Virus record (IMG/VR): IMGVR_UViG_3300042197_004075
Span: 1-64,000 of that record
Reading direction: 5' to 3' (one strand)
DNA from: a virus
Length of the DNA stretch: 64,000 bases
The notes below the pieces were generated by a model. It worked only from the letters and a program-made list of their open reading frames with translations. It did no database searches and was not told the origin of the DNA. This document shows positions 9,461 to 18,770 of the stretch, in pieces (the first letter of the stretch is position 1; every line of letters begins with the position of its first letter). The translations under genes and the position numbers were made by a program.

Positions 9461-9620
9461 AGCAAAGACATGATTCGTCTTGGCAGACGCAATCAACTCT
9501 TTTTACATTACAAGCACATGAATTTTTTTCACAAATGTTGCAACAAGATTTAAAACAGGAGCAGCAGCCAGAAACAATTAGTAATGCTGCTGCTGTCAGG
9601 CCAACCAATAATTTATTCAT
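9447..9620 (-). CDS. 57-aa Cys-rich putative lipoprotein (not in ORF track)
   Basis: GGAGG RBS; MNKLLVGLTAAALLIVSG-CCSCFKSCCNICEKNSCACNVKRVDCVCQDESCLCLRIK; lipobox VSGC, 12 Cys. Confidence 0.8.
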   Translation of the reverse strand: MNKLLVGLTAAALLIVSGCCSCFKSCCNICEKNSCACNVKRVDCVCQDESCLCLRIK

Positions 9621-9638
9621 AAAAACCTCCGTTTATAT

Positions 9639-10547
9639 TTACTGCACACCTATGTTCTTTAACGCAGTTTCCCAATCTGAATCCAGTACACCTTCAAGTT
9701 CTGATGACAAACCATTTGAGGTTTTTTCGCCACCTTTAGCTTGAGGAACTTGTGCTTCAGATGATTTCACATTTGTGTCATGTTTTTCTTCAAGCACAAG
9801 CTTGAGACTCTTTTCCATTTCTTCGTATGACAAGAAAACAGGAATTTTTTCAATGTCATGATAACTGGACACCCAGTTTCTAATTTCGGCATCTGTGCCT
9901 AAAGGGGATACATCCTCAAATGATGACTGGCCATAATCAGGATATGTGCCGCCTTTGATCTGCTTGACAAGTCTAAAGTCTCGGCCTGTAGCGATGTTTG
10001 CAACATCTCCTAGTTTTCTTCTGCCGGAAACTTCGCTACCTTGAATTGATTCTCTTATGATTGTTTGTACTTGTTTGGGGCATGAGTAGATTTTAGGGCC
10101 AACATTAGTTTCCAATGTTTTGGTCTTACTGTTAACTTGTTGCCTGACAATTACATTATAATAAAACCTTTCTGCTGGCTTAATTGATCTTGCTACATCT
10201 TTTGCTTTTTCTGCTTCGACTGTGTTGGTCATTTTATTGATCTGTTCCCACATTTCATTATATTTTTTGCAAATTGGACAAGGCCTTTTTGAATCAGCCA
10301 ACCATCTTTCGCCCCGTGCCGTTTGAGTGAGAATATGTGGGCAAAAAACAGATTTACTATTAGGGTATGCGCCAAGTCGGTGAATACGAGCAGCAACAAA
10401 AAACTCTCTGTTTTTAAGTTTTGGCAAAAATCGTAAAATTACAAATCCATCTTTTTCAGGCAAACGGACATAGTTGTCTGACCCAGCAGACTCCTTAGCA
10501 TAAATTTTTTCGTCGAGTGATTCAATTCCCAAATCTGCTGGAGTCAT
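9639..10547 (-). CDS. Single-stranded DNA-binding protein (T4 gp32-like)
   Basis: LRFLP, H..., CP, CPIC, RFYYNVIV, G.DFRL.K, YPDY.QS.F, acidic tail; upstream of recA. Confidence 0.85.
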   Translation of the reverse strand: MTPADLGIESLDEKIYAKESAGSDNYVRLPEKDGFVILRFLPKLKNREFFVAARIHRLGAYPNSKSVFCPHILTQTARGERWLADSKRPCPICKKYNEMWEQINKMTNTVEAEKAKDVARSIKPAERFYYNVIVRQQVNSKTKTLETNVGPKIYSCPKQVQTIIRESIQGSEVSGRRKLGDVANIATGRDFRLVKQIKGGTYPDYGQSSFEDVSPLGTDAEIRNWVSSYHDIEKIPVFLSYEEMEKSLKLVLEEKHDTNVKSSEAQVPQAKGGEKTSNGLSSELEGVLDSDWETALKNIGVQ

Positions 10548-10616
10548 GTCATATTCCTCTGCTATAGTCAGGATGATCTGCACACACCAAACACATGGTG
10601 ATTAACAAATGGTAAA

Positions 10617-10937
10617 CTAAGAAGCTTCTTGTGTCAAATCGTTTTGGAAATTTTCAGTCGGTGTCAAGTTATTTACTTTAGACAATTTTGCTTTTTCAAG
10701 TTCTTCTGCCTTTTTTTGCATTTCATCATAAATGCCTTGCAAAATTTTATAATTTTGTTCAATTCTTTGATTAATTTCATCTTTGCTAAGATTTTTTAGC
10801 TCTTTAGACTCAAACTCCTGTTCCAATCTAACCTCCTCTTTTCGTTGTTTTCTTATTTCTTCCCTACGAGCCAAAACCTTCTTCCTAACTTCAATCTTTC
10901 GTGCTTTTTTCTTTTGATCTTTCTTGCGCTGATTCAT
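10617..10937 (-). CDS. Hypothetical basic/coiled-coil protein
   Basis: GGAG RBS; K/R/E-rich. Confidence 0.7.
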   Translation of the reverse strand: MNQRKKDQKKKARKIEVRKKVLARREEIRKQRKEEVRLEQEFESKELKNLSKDEINQRIEQNYKILQGIYDEMQKKAEELEKAKLSKVNNLTPTENFQNDLTQEAS

Positions 10938-10951
10938 TAGAAAATCTCCAT

Positions 10952-11674
10952 TTAACGCAACACAGGTGGAGCATCGTTACCATCACCTTGCCAGTTTAAA
11001 AGATCAATGTTTCCGTCTTTTTTTGACAAATTCATTTCATCAGTATATTCAAGATTATTACCAAATGGAACAAAATACTCATCATGTACTTCCACATCAT
11101 TTCCAGCATCATCTACCATTAACAAAATCATGCCTATGCCATTTTCAGCATATCGTTCAGAAAAAACGGGATACTTTTTGTTCCTGCTAAATTTAAAATT
11201 AAATTTAGATTTATCAACATTTAAAGGTGGACTAAAAACAACAAAACGATTAGGTTTTTTATTTTTGTTTCTTGTAATTTTATCAGCTAAATTTTCAAAT
11301 CGATTTTTAGTCTGGACAATAGCATTTGGTTTTTGTTTTTGACTATTTTCACTTTGTTCTGCAATTTGAGTTTTTTCTACAACCAATGTATTATTCTCTA
11401 ACATTTCATCATATGATACTTTTTGGTTTTTAAGGACTAAACCATTTTTTGTAATTTTAAATGGAATTTTTTTGCGTGTAAATTCAAACACATCAACATC
11501 AAAAACATAAATATCTCTTCTAGCCAAATATCCAGTTATGTTGCTCATCAACTTATCCATCGGATATTCTGTCTCAATTGTACCATATTTTTTCTTTATT
11601 TCTTGTGGCTTATCGAGACAAAATGATCCATCATCTTTAACATCATAATATTTAAACACAACTTCATATGCCAT
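10952..11674 (-). CDS. Hypothetical protein
   Basis: 240-aa ORF within an operon. Confidence 0.75.
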   Translation of the reverse strand: MAYEVVFKYYDVKDDGSFCLDKPQEIKKKYGTIETEYPMDKLMSNITGYLARRDIYVFDVDVFEFTRKKIPFKITKNGLVLKNQKVSYDEMLENNTLVVEKTQIAEQSENSQKQKPNAIVQTKNRFENLADKITRNKNKKPNRFVVFSPPLNVDKSKFNFKFSRNKKYPVFSERYAENGIGMILLMVDDAGNDVEVHDEYFVPFGNNLEYTDEMNLSKKDGNIDLLNWQGDGNDAPPVLR

Positions 11675-11690
11675 GAAAATTTCCCCAATA

Positions 11691-12314
11691 TTATATTTGA
11701 GTGTTATTGAATTCGTTTTTATCTATTTCAAAAATTTCAATATTTGACTTTTGAAACAAATATCTACTACCAATAGAATAATCAACACTATCTTTATAAC
11801 AAAACAATTTTGATATTCCGACATTTATTATAACTTTTGTACACTCTATACATGGTAGTGGACAATAAGCAAACATAAACGAGTCATTTAAATTACATTC
11901 AGCATTAATAATTGCGTTTACTTCTGCGTGGACACATGTACACAAACTGAGTCTTTCTCCAGATTTACATCCTATTAATTTTCTGGGACATTCCTTTTTA
12001 TATGCAAAATTTTCAACAAATTCATCAATACAAAAAGTGTCCAAATTCATTTTATTTTGCAAATACATTTTTTCTTCAGAACTTAACTGTGGCACAAATA
12101 CATTTTTATAGTGTTCAGGTGTGTTGCAATGCGGGATTCCTCTTGGAGGCCCATTGTAGCCAATCGACAAAATTTTATTTAAATGTTTGTCTGTAATTAC
12201 CACGCCAATTTGTCGTGAATAACACGAATCATTTTGTGATGCTATATATTTTGCCATATTCATATATTTTATTATAAATTTTTTGTTTCTAGCATCTTGT
12301 AAAAAGTTTGACAT
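11691..12314 (-). CDS. dCMP deaminase
   Basis: SC.SRQIG, GYNG.PRG, VHAEVNAI, PCIEC; GGAGG RBS before MSNF. Confidence 0.92.
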   Translation of the reverse strand: MSNFLQDARNKKFIIKYMNMAKYIASQNDSCYSRQIGVVITDKHLNKILSIGYNGPPRGIPHCNTPEHYKNVFVPQLSSEEKMYLQNKMNLDTFCIDEFVENFAYKKECPRKLIGCKSGERLSLCTCVHAEVNAIINAECNLNDSFMFAYCPLPCIECTKVIINVGISKLFCYKDSVDYSIGSRYLFQKSNIEIFEIDKNEFNNTQI

Positions 12315-12344
12315 AAATTCCTCCTTGTCAAAGTAAATAATAAC

Positions 12345-12980
12345 ATGGAATACAGTTTTAAACAATTTCTAAAATGTAAAGATTTTTATTTTTCCGAAAT
12401 CTTTGTTGGAAATCAAGAAAGCAAACGGAAAACAACTGATTTGAGTCCATTGGCAAGACAATTTGAAAATTTAACAAAATCAATACTAGGTGACAAAACA
12501 GTAAACAAATTATTTTTCAATCCTATCAAACAAATTGATGAAAATTTAATAGGATTTGCAAAATTATACAAACTTGCAGTTGGGCCTACAAAAACAGCAG
12601 CCATGGACACTTTCAGAGATATAAAAACTTATTTGACCACAAATAATAAAGACGAAAAAGAACAAGCTCTAAAATCCTTTTTGAGTAATGCTGATGAATT
12701 AGTAAGACTAGTTATAATAAATCCTATTTTTACCTTGGCTCCTACAGAAATAGCTTTTCAAGCCTTTGCAGAGACACTTGGTGTTAAACCTACTTTTGTA
12801 CATAAAATGATTTTCGCATTTATGACAAAAATTCCTTACTATGTTTTCATGTATGTTTTACCCATGCTTGATTTGCTTTCAGAAGTTGAAAATTTACAAG
12901 TTCAACAAACAGCAAAAAGACTTTCAACCAAAATTAAAAAATCTATGCCTAAAACAGCTTTGTATAAACCGGCAGCTTAA
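12345..12980 (+). CDS. Hypothetical protein, candidate internal head protein
   Basis: MEYSFKQFL start; TAAATA 5 nt upstream. Confidence 0.7.
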   Translation: MEYSFKQFLKCKDFYFSEIFVGNQESKRKTTDLSPLARQFENLTKSILGDKTVNKLFFNPIKQIDENLIGFAKLYKLAVGPTKTAAMDTFRDIKTYLTTNNKDEKEQALKSFLSNADELVRLVIINPIFTLAPTEIAFQAFAETLGVKPTFVHKMIFAFMTKIPYYVFMYVLPMLDLLSEVENLQVQQTAKRLSTKIKKSMPKTALYKPAA

Positions 12981-13624
12981 TGAAAGAATCATATTCACAA
13001 CTTGGCCAAGATTTGTTTATCGCAAAACATTTTAAATATAAAAGTAAAGGTTTTTTTGTTGAAATTGGAGTCGGTGATGGGGTTAATTTATCAAATACTT
13101 ATTTGTTAGAAAAAAATTATAATTGGAATGGTATTTTGTGTGAGCCACATCCAGATGATCATAAATCTATAAAAATTAATAGAAATTGTTTTTTAGAACA
13201 GGCAGCAGCATATAGCGAATCAAATATGCAAGTAGAATTCAACATGTGCAAAATAAAAGAGTTAAGCGGAATTAAAACACATATGAAAACTTCACATTCA
13301 ATTCATGCAAAAGATATTAATAAGGTTATAAATGTTAAAACTATTTCATTAAATGATTTACTTAAAAAATATAATGCTCCCACAAAAATTGACTACATAA
13401 GTCTTGACACCGAAGGTTCGGAATTTGAAATAATAAAAAGTTTTAATTTTGATAATTACAAAGTATCTGTATGGTCAATAGAACATAATAGTATGCATCG
13501 TTCTGATGGAGAACAATACTTAATGAAATTAAAAAAACATATGAAATCAAAAAATTACTATTTTGTTCCAAACCAATTTGATTCCTATTTCATTCATGAA
13601 GGCAAAAATAAAATTTATTCGTAA
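12980..13624 (+). CDS. FkbM-family SAM methyltransferase
   Basis: YSQLGQD, GFFVEIGVGDG, SNT.LLE, W.GILCEP, IDYISLDTEGSE, IEH. Confidence 0.9.
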   Translation: MKESYSQLGQDLFIAKHFKYKSKGFFVEIGVGDGVNLSNTYLLEKNYNWNGILCEPHPDDHKSIKINRNCFLEQAAAYSESNMQVEFNMCKIKELSGIKTHMKTSHSIHAKDINKVINVKTISLNDLLKKYNAPTKIDYISLDTEGSEFEIIKSFNFDNYKVSVWSIEHNSMHRSDGEQYLMKLKKHMKSKNYYFVPNQFDSYFIHEGKNKIYS

Positions 13625-14052
13625 TTTGAAATTGAACGAATATCTCCATGTAACTTATCCATTTCTTTTCGCAACATATGTCCCCTTTGATGTCCATCTT
13701 CACGGGCTGAATTGAGGGCTTGAAGATGAGCGTAAAGACGATCCTTAATATATTTTGCATTGATTGTCATTTGTTTTAGATTAATGCAATCTGGATCACC
13801 CTCTGCATATAATTCTGCTGTTTTATCTGATTTTCCTGCATCTTTTTGGGCTTTGAATTTATCAATAAACATTTGCTTATAAGACAATTCGCAAACTGCG
13901 TGGTATCGCATGGCATTGGCGTGTGCGCTACCAATGTAGTCAATAATACCGCCAATTTTCTCAAAAAATGTATTGAGCGTTGAATCAGTAAATGACAAGT
14001 CGCTTGTATCAATTTTCCAATCGGTGTCTTGAATCTTGATGTTCTCGATCAT
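13615..14052 (-). CDS. UvsY-like recombination mediator
   Basis: Start moved to MIENI (GGAG RBS); helical protein with SDKTAELYAEGDP pattern; downstream of the helicase. Confidence 0.55.
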   Translation of the reverse strand: MIENIKIQDTDWKIDTSDLSFTDSTLNTFFEKIGGIIDYIGSAHANAMRYHAVCELSYKQMFIDKFKAQKDAGKSDKTAELYAEGDPDCINLKQMTINAKYIKDRLYAHLQALNSAREDGHQRGHMLRKEMDKLHGDIRSISNYE

Positions 14053-14062
14053 GTCAAACTCC

Positions 14063-15598
14063 TTAGTCGATGATATCGTTGTTGGTGCTGGGCTTTTTTC
14101 GCCGTGATGATTTAGTTTTGGCCCCTTCATCATGGTTAAGTTGCTCAGGAGTAACCAAACCATATTCTTCAGCCTTGCGCTTGGCGTTATTATGCATGAC
14201 AGCCCGGTATTCATCAACCTTAATTTCGTAAATATTCAAAATATCCTTATCGTACTTAATGCAAAAATGAAATTTTGATCTTCCGTTGCGGTGTTTCACG
14301 ACAAAAATTCTACCTAAATTACAACTAGCTTCTTCCGTAGTTTGATTAATCGACCATAAACCATCCAAAGGTTTGTACATGTCATAACTTGTTCCAATAT
14401 TACCTTCTTCAATAAATTCACTAGATGTGTGTTCACTTGAAGCTCTATTTGCTTGCATAGCAGTAAACACAATCATTTTCTTTTCACCAGCTAATCCACG
14501 CAAATCTCTCATAATTCGATATTTGCTTTCCCATGTTGGAATATTTGGTGTATCTTTCATTTCACCGGGATAATCAACAATAAGAACATCTGGCACAAAT
14601 CCATATACTTCCAATTGATTGACAAATGCTCTAATATCGTGAACATCAATAGATGCTGCCGGGAAATCTTTTATAACCAATCTATTTTTATCATCATAAT
14701 TAATATTATTATACTCAATAAATTCCTTAATTTGAGTTTTGTTTTCTTGCAGATTGCCAAAGGAAAATCCTGAATATTGACTTGTAAATCTTTTTGAGAT
14801 TGAAACCCAATCCATTTCAACACTAATAAATAAAACCTTATAGCCTTTTCTTATATTTTCTACTGCTGTTTTTACAAGTGCAAGACTTTTTCCTTTTCCA
14901 GCCATTGCAATAAAAGCATAGATTTCTCCACGCCTACATCCACCACCACTTAAAGCTTCATCTATGCTTAAAAACCCAGAAGTAAACATTCCTTCTCTTG
15001 TTTCTTCTTTTTCCAACTCATTGAAGAAATTTTCTATTTTTTGAAAGTATTCAAATCCAACATCAAATGATTTATTAACATTCATGACATTACGAAATCG
15101 TTCAAATATTTTATGCCAAATTGCCTCGGAATCTGGGTCTTTTTTCAGGTCTTTTTGCGACTCATCCATAGCAATTCGCAAACTTTGCATTTTTGCAAAA
15201 GTGACTAATTTTTCAATTAATATTTCTCTAGATGCCATATTTGGCATATGATATGAATAAATAGCTTCTAATTCAGATTTATAATATAATTTTACTGCAT
15301 CAGGTTTATCTTTGTTAATTTCATCAAGGTACTGTTCAATAACAAATTTATCTGGTACTTCTCCTTTATACTTTTCAACACACTTAATTACAACTTTGCA
15401 TATATCAATGTGACATTCATTTGTAAAGTACTCTGGTTTAATTAAATTAATACATTGACCAATAAAATTTTGGTCAGTAAGAATAACTCCTATAATTCTT
15501 TTTTGAAATTCTTCATCCCAACGAAACTTTTGCTTAACAATTTGCTTTTGTAATAACGAATCAAGTATTTTTTCCTGATCGTCGTTTAAGTCAGCCAC
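14063..15598 (-). CDS. Replicative DnaB/T4 gp41-like helicase
   Basis: SGF.SID..L.GG, AMAGKGKS, ISVEM, LIVDY, TAMQANR, KHRNG. Confidence 0.92.
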   Translation of the reverse strand: MADLNDDQEKILDSLLQKQIVKQKFRWDEEFQKRIIGVILTDQNFIGQCINLIKPEYFTNECHIDICKVVIKCVEKYKGEVPDKFVIEQYLDEINKDKPDAVKLYYKSELEAIYSYHMPNMASREILIEKLVTFAKMQSLRIAMDESQKDLKKDPDSEAIWHKIFERFRNVMNVNKSFDVGFEYFQKIENFFNELEKEETREGMFTSGFLSIDEALSGGGCRRGEIYAFIAMAGKGKSLALVKTAVENIRKGYKVLFISVEMDWVSISKRFTSQYSGFSFGNLQENKTQIKEFIEYNNINYDDKNRLVIKDFPAASIDVHDIRAFVNQLEVYGFVPDVLIVDYPGEMKDTPNIPTWESKYRIMRDLRGLAGEKKMIVFTAMQANRASSEHTSSEFIEEGNIGTSYDMYKPLDGLWSINQTTEEASCNLGRIFVVKHRNGRSKFHFCIKYDKDILNIYEIKVDEYRAVMHNNAKRKAEEYGLVTPEQLNHDEGAKTKSSRRKKPSTNNDIID

Positions 15599-15624
15599 TT
15601 AGAACTCCTGCCAAAGCTATTCTG

Positions 15625-16179
15625 CTAGTAGAACAGAAAATCGTGTTCTGACAAGGATACTTGACCAACCCTAATCTGTTTTTCTTTAGTAATTTTTTTA
15701 CCTATAAAGCGACTAGCATTCCAAATGATTCTTTTAGCATAAATTTTGAACTTTGTATTGATGATTATTGGTGAAGTTTTTGAAGGCATTTCATCTTTTG
15801 GGATAAATTTGACGGCTAACATTTCAAGTATTTCTTCTTGTTCTTCACCAAATTTACGCTTATATGCACCATGCTGTGTTTTTTTACTCCACAAATATTG
15901 CAAAGATTTATTTAATTCTGACCAAATATCATTAGATTCAATATACTTGTCTAATTTTTGAAAAACAGCTTCAATCCATGTTTGACGCTTATAATAGGAA
16001 CCAGCACGAATAACACTCATAAGTAGTTCTTGCTTAAAATCTTCAATTTCATGTTGATGATTGTTTTTACTATTATTTTGCATAAGCTGCCAAGAAACAA
16101 AATAACACAATTGACTGAATTCTTCTTCTAGAAGTTCATACTCTTCGGCAGTAATCGAAAAATTCTTGAAAGTGTTCAT
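15625..16179 (-). CDS. Hypothetical protein, weak sigma-factor region 2 resemblance
   Basis: EDFKQEL...IRA and KFKIYAKRIIWN; AAGGAG RBS. Confidence 0.45.
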   Translation of the reverse strand: MNTFKNFSITAEEYELLEEEFSQLCYFVSWQLMQNNSKNNHQHEIEDFKQELLMSVIRAGSYYKRQTWIEAVFQKLDKYIESNDIWSELNKSLQYLWSKKTQHGAYKRKFGEEQEEILEMLAVKFIPKDEMPSKTSPIIINTKFKIYAKRIIWNASRFIGKKITKEKQIRVGQVSLSEHDFLFY

Positions 16180-16200
16180 AAAATTTCTCCTTATTTAAGA

Positions 16201-16229
16201 AATATAATACTATTCAAATTTTGAGTCAA
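16201..16229 (-). promoter_or_regulatory. sigma70-like promoter
   Basis: TTGACT-17-TATATT upstream of the 16179 gene. Confidence 0.65.
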
Positions 16230-17542
16230 GAAGTTTTATTAATTTTGATCAACTGGTTCAGTTTATTACCCACTTTACCTTCAGCAAAAAGAATAACATC
16301 AGGAGCTTGATCAATTTTTTGCTCTAATAAATCCTTAATTTCATAAAACTTCTTTTTAACCTGACTTTTCTTTACAGAAAGACAATAGGCATCATGATTT
16401 ATGTAAAAAACCCTGAAACCTATTTTGTTCTGATTCTCAATTAACCTATTCAAAATTAATTGGTTTATTGTTGCTGCTGGTGATTGAACAACAAAATTTT
16501 TAGCTTTAAATGATTCATCTGGTTTGAATATTCTAATTCTACCAAAGCAATCATCAACTAGTCCTGTTTGTGCCGCCTGTTGGTATGCTTTATCCATATA
16601 CTCAAATGATGCTGAAAAGTTCAAACGAAGTGAAGAAATATAAACCTTTGCTTGTTCTACACTTATGTGGTTTTTTTCTGCTAATGTTGATGCTGAAATT
16701 CCGTAAATTACTGGTAAAAAAATTTCTTTTCCTAAAACTCTTGAATTGAAATTATCAATATTAAGCACATATTTTGCAATTTGCTCATAAGGATCGGCAC
16801 ATGAATTTATAACTGTGCTTAATTTACCATCTTTAGACAATCCTGCAAGCACACTAGCTTCCATAGATCTATAATCAAAAACAACAAATGCTTCATCTTC
16901 ATATGGATTAATTAATATATTTTTCTTTTCATCATCAAGTGTGTTAGGATTATAAGATTTTGAACCAAATATTTTTGTGTTTAATCTTCCATTATCTTGT
17001 CCCTCAACAATGTAATGAGGATAAATTTTTTCTGCGGTTAAATCATTAACAAGAAAAGTATTTTCAATTTTTGGTAATGAAACACAAATTAGTTTTTGAA
17101 ATATAGATTTGTAAATTTCTAAAACATTTGATGTAAGAAAGTCTCTAAAAGTTTCACAAATTTGTTTAAAATTTTCAAATTTATTTTCATCTTTGATTCC
17201 AATATATTTTTTATACCAAAGAATGTCATAAATTTGTTTATAACTAATTCCAATACTATTATTTTTTCTACAGAATAATTGAAATATTTTAGCATCTATA
17301 AATACAATTGGTTTATTGTTTTTTTCAAGAACCTTGTTTATAAAATTAATATAAGTGTTTGTGTTCCTTGAATTTAATCTAAATTCAATTTTTGTACCCT
17401 TCATGCCGTAAATTATAATATCAAGTTTAGACTCTTGTAACACATTTATATAAATGTTGTCTTTTATGATCTCAAAATATAAAAATTGTTCAATTATGCA
17501 AGCATTGAAGAATAATTGAAAGAACGGAATTGAATCATTCAT
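16226..17542 (-). CDS. Small family A DNA polymerase (start uncertain: 17593/17542/17404)
   Basis: NGRL, motif A FDYRSMEASVLA, motif B R.LGK....VIYG, FGRIR, NFVVQSPAA, motif C NHDA; no clear exonuclease motifs. Confidence 0.85.
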   Translation of the reverse strand: MNDSIPFFQLFFNACIIEQFLYFEIIKDNIYINVLQESKLDIIIYGMKGTKIEFRLNSRNTNTYINFINKVLEKNNKPIVFIDAKIFQLFCRKNNSIGISYKQIYDILWYKKYIGIKDENKFENFKQICETFRDFLTSNVLEIYKSIFQKLICVSLPKIENTFLVNDLTAEKIYPHYIVEGQDNGRLNTKIFGSKSYNPNTLDDEKKNILINPYEDEAFVVFDYRSMEASVLAGLSKDGKLSTVINSCADPYEQIAKYVLNIDNFNSRVLGKEIFLPVIYGISASTLAEKNHISVEQAKVYISSLRLNFSASFEYMDKAYQQAAQTGLVDDCFGRIRIFKPDESFKAKNFVVQSPAATINQLILNRLIENQNKIGFRVFYINHDAYCLSVKKSQVKKKFYEIKDLLEQKIDQAPDVILFAEGKVGNKLNQLIKINKTS

Positions 17543-17586
17543 GGCAGAATTTAATAGCAAAAGCTCGCTTATGTCAAATTTTGTAA

Positions 17587-17611
17587 TTGGCACAAGATTT
17601 GCTTCGTGCGT
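17587..17611. repeat. 25-bp inverted repeat, left arm
   Basis: TTGGCACAAGATTTGCTTCGTGCGT; reverse complement at 17839-17863 with 1 mismatch. Confidence 0.9.
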
Positions 17612-17660
17612 GTGCGTGTGCGCCCGTGCGTTTGTATTTAATACTTATATTAATAATAGT

Positions 17661-17716
17661 GTGTTTCTAGTCCACTTCGTGGACTAGAAACACGATCTAG
17701 CACTTCGTGCTAGATC
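17661..17716. repeat. Two abutting perfect palindromes with 3-nt loops
   Basis: GTGTTTCTAGTCCAC-TTC-GTGGACTAGAAACAC (15 bp) then GATCTAGCAC-TTC-GTGCTAGATC (10 bp). Confidence 0.95.
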
Positions 17717-17739
17717 AGTTAATGGTTTTTTTATCTAAA

Positions 17740-17829
17740 TTAAACCAATTAAACCAATTAAACCAATTAAACCAATTAAACCAATTAAACCAATTAAACC
17801 AAATAAACCAATTAAACCAAATAAACCAA
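17740..17829. repeat. 9-bp tandem repeat, 10 copies
   Basis: (T/A)TAAACCAA x10. Confidence 0.95.
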
Positions 17830-17838
17830 ATTAACAAG

Positions 17839-17863
17839 ACGCACGAAGCAAATCCTGTGCCAA
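17839..17863. repeat. 25-bp inverted repeat, right arm
   Basis: ACGCACGAAGCAAATCCTGTGCCAA. Confidence 0.9.
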
Positions 17864-18068
17864 AATATAATAAAATTAGAAAAAAATTTGTTTTTTAGTA
17901 GCTTTTTTCAAATCTTAATTATTTGCGTTTTAAACGACTTTGTATTAAGATTTGATTGTTGACACGGATTGGGTGCAAAAGTGGCCTTAAACGCAAAAAT
18001 TAAGCCCTTAAATTGAAAGATAACTTGGCCCACATGACTTTCAACTTGTGTTTGGAGGAACGCACCTT

Positions 18069-18770
18069 ATGATTCCTAAAGTTTATACATCGAACAACGA
18101 AGTGATTCTCAAATATTGTAATGATAAAGTGACACTTTTGGCATATGAATTATCATGTTTTTACATGAATTGTGAAATGTTTTATTTTCCAAAAATTACA
18201 CACAGCAAATTTAATGTCATGAAACAGCCGCAAAAGCAATTCCTATTTAAACACATTTTAAAAATGGTAAATACCTTGAAGTCGAAATATTTACCAACTG
18301 AATTCATGGGTTATATTAAAGCGCAATTTGAAATTATGAAATTAAATGAAAACCACAATCCCATGGTTACGCCAAATATGCTTCATGGAAAAAAGGCTGA
18401 ATATCGATATGCAGTTTGGTTACAAATGCTTGCAGATAAACAAATTAAGGAAAACGAAAATACCTCAAAAATTTCTTTGAAGTATCTTGATCACTTAATG
18501 AAAATTTCAAAAAACAATATTAAAAATGTATTCGGTGAAAATGTTAAATTTCAAGATTTTGTCGATCATCAAAAAAAACTTATTTTGATGGTCAAATCAA
18601 AACAAATTGCACATGTGTATTGTTTTGCTAGTGTTTGGATAAAAAAACTTGAAAAAAGTGTTGTTGATGAAATAACAAAATTTAGCGAATCAGAAAATCT
18701 TTATAAATGCAATATTGATGATATCAATCAAATATATTTGAAATATTTTGAAAATGAACTTAATATGTAG
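18069..18770 (+). CDS. Hypothetical protein adjacent to the origin-like region
   Basis: GGAGG RBS before MIPKV. Confidence 0.75.
   Translation: MIPKVYTSNNEVILKYCNDKVTLLAYELSCFYMNCEMFYFPKITHSKFNVMKQPQKQFLFKHILKMVNTLKSKYLPTEFMGYIKAQFEIMKLNENHNPMVTPNMLHGKKAEYRYAVWLQMLADKQIKENENTSKISLKYLDHLMKISKNNIKNVFGENVKFQDFVDHQKKLILMVKSKQIAHVYCFASVWIKKLEKSVVDEITKFSESENLYKCNIDDINQIYLKYFENELNM

Noticed and set aside
9275-9744. Track ORFs 9275-9496 (-) and 9451-9744 (+)
   Set aside because: They overlap recA or ssb; the interval is better explained by the 9447-9620 lipoprotein ORF and its terminator
17661-17829. Possible CRISPR array
   Set aside because: No repeat-unique spacer periodicity and no cas genes in the window
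17707-17898. 63-aa ORF with LNQ repeats
   Set aside because: By-product of the stop-free 9-bp tandem repeat; GTG start lies inside a hairpin with no RBS
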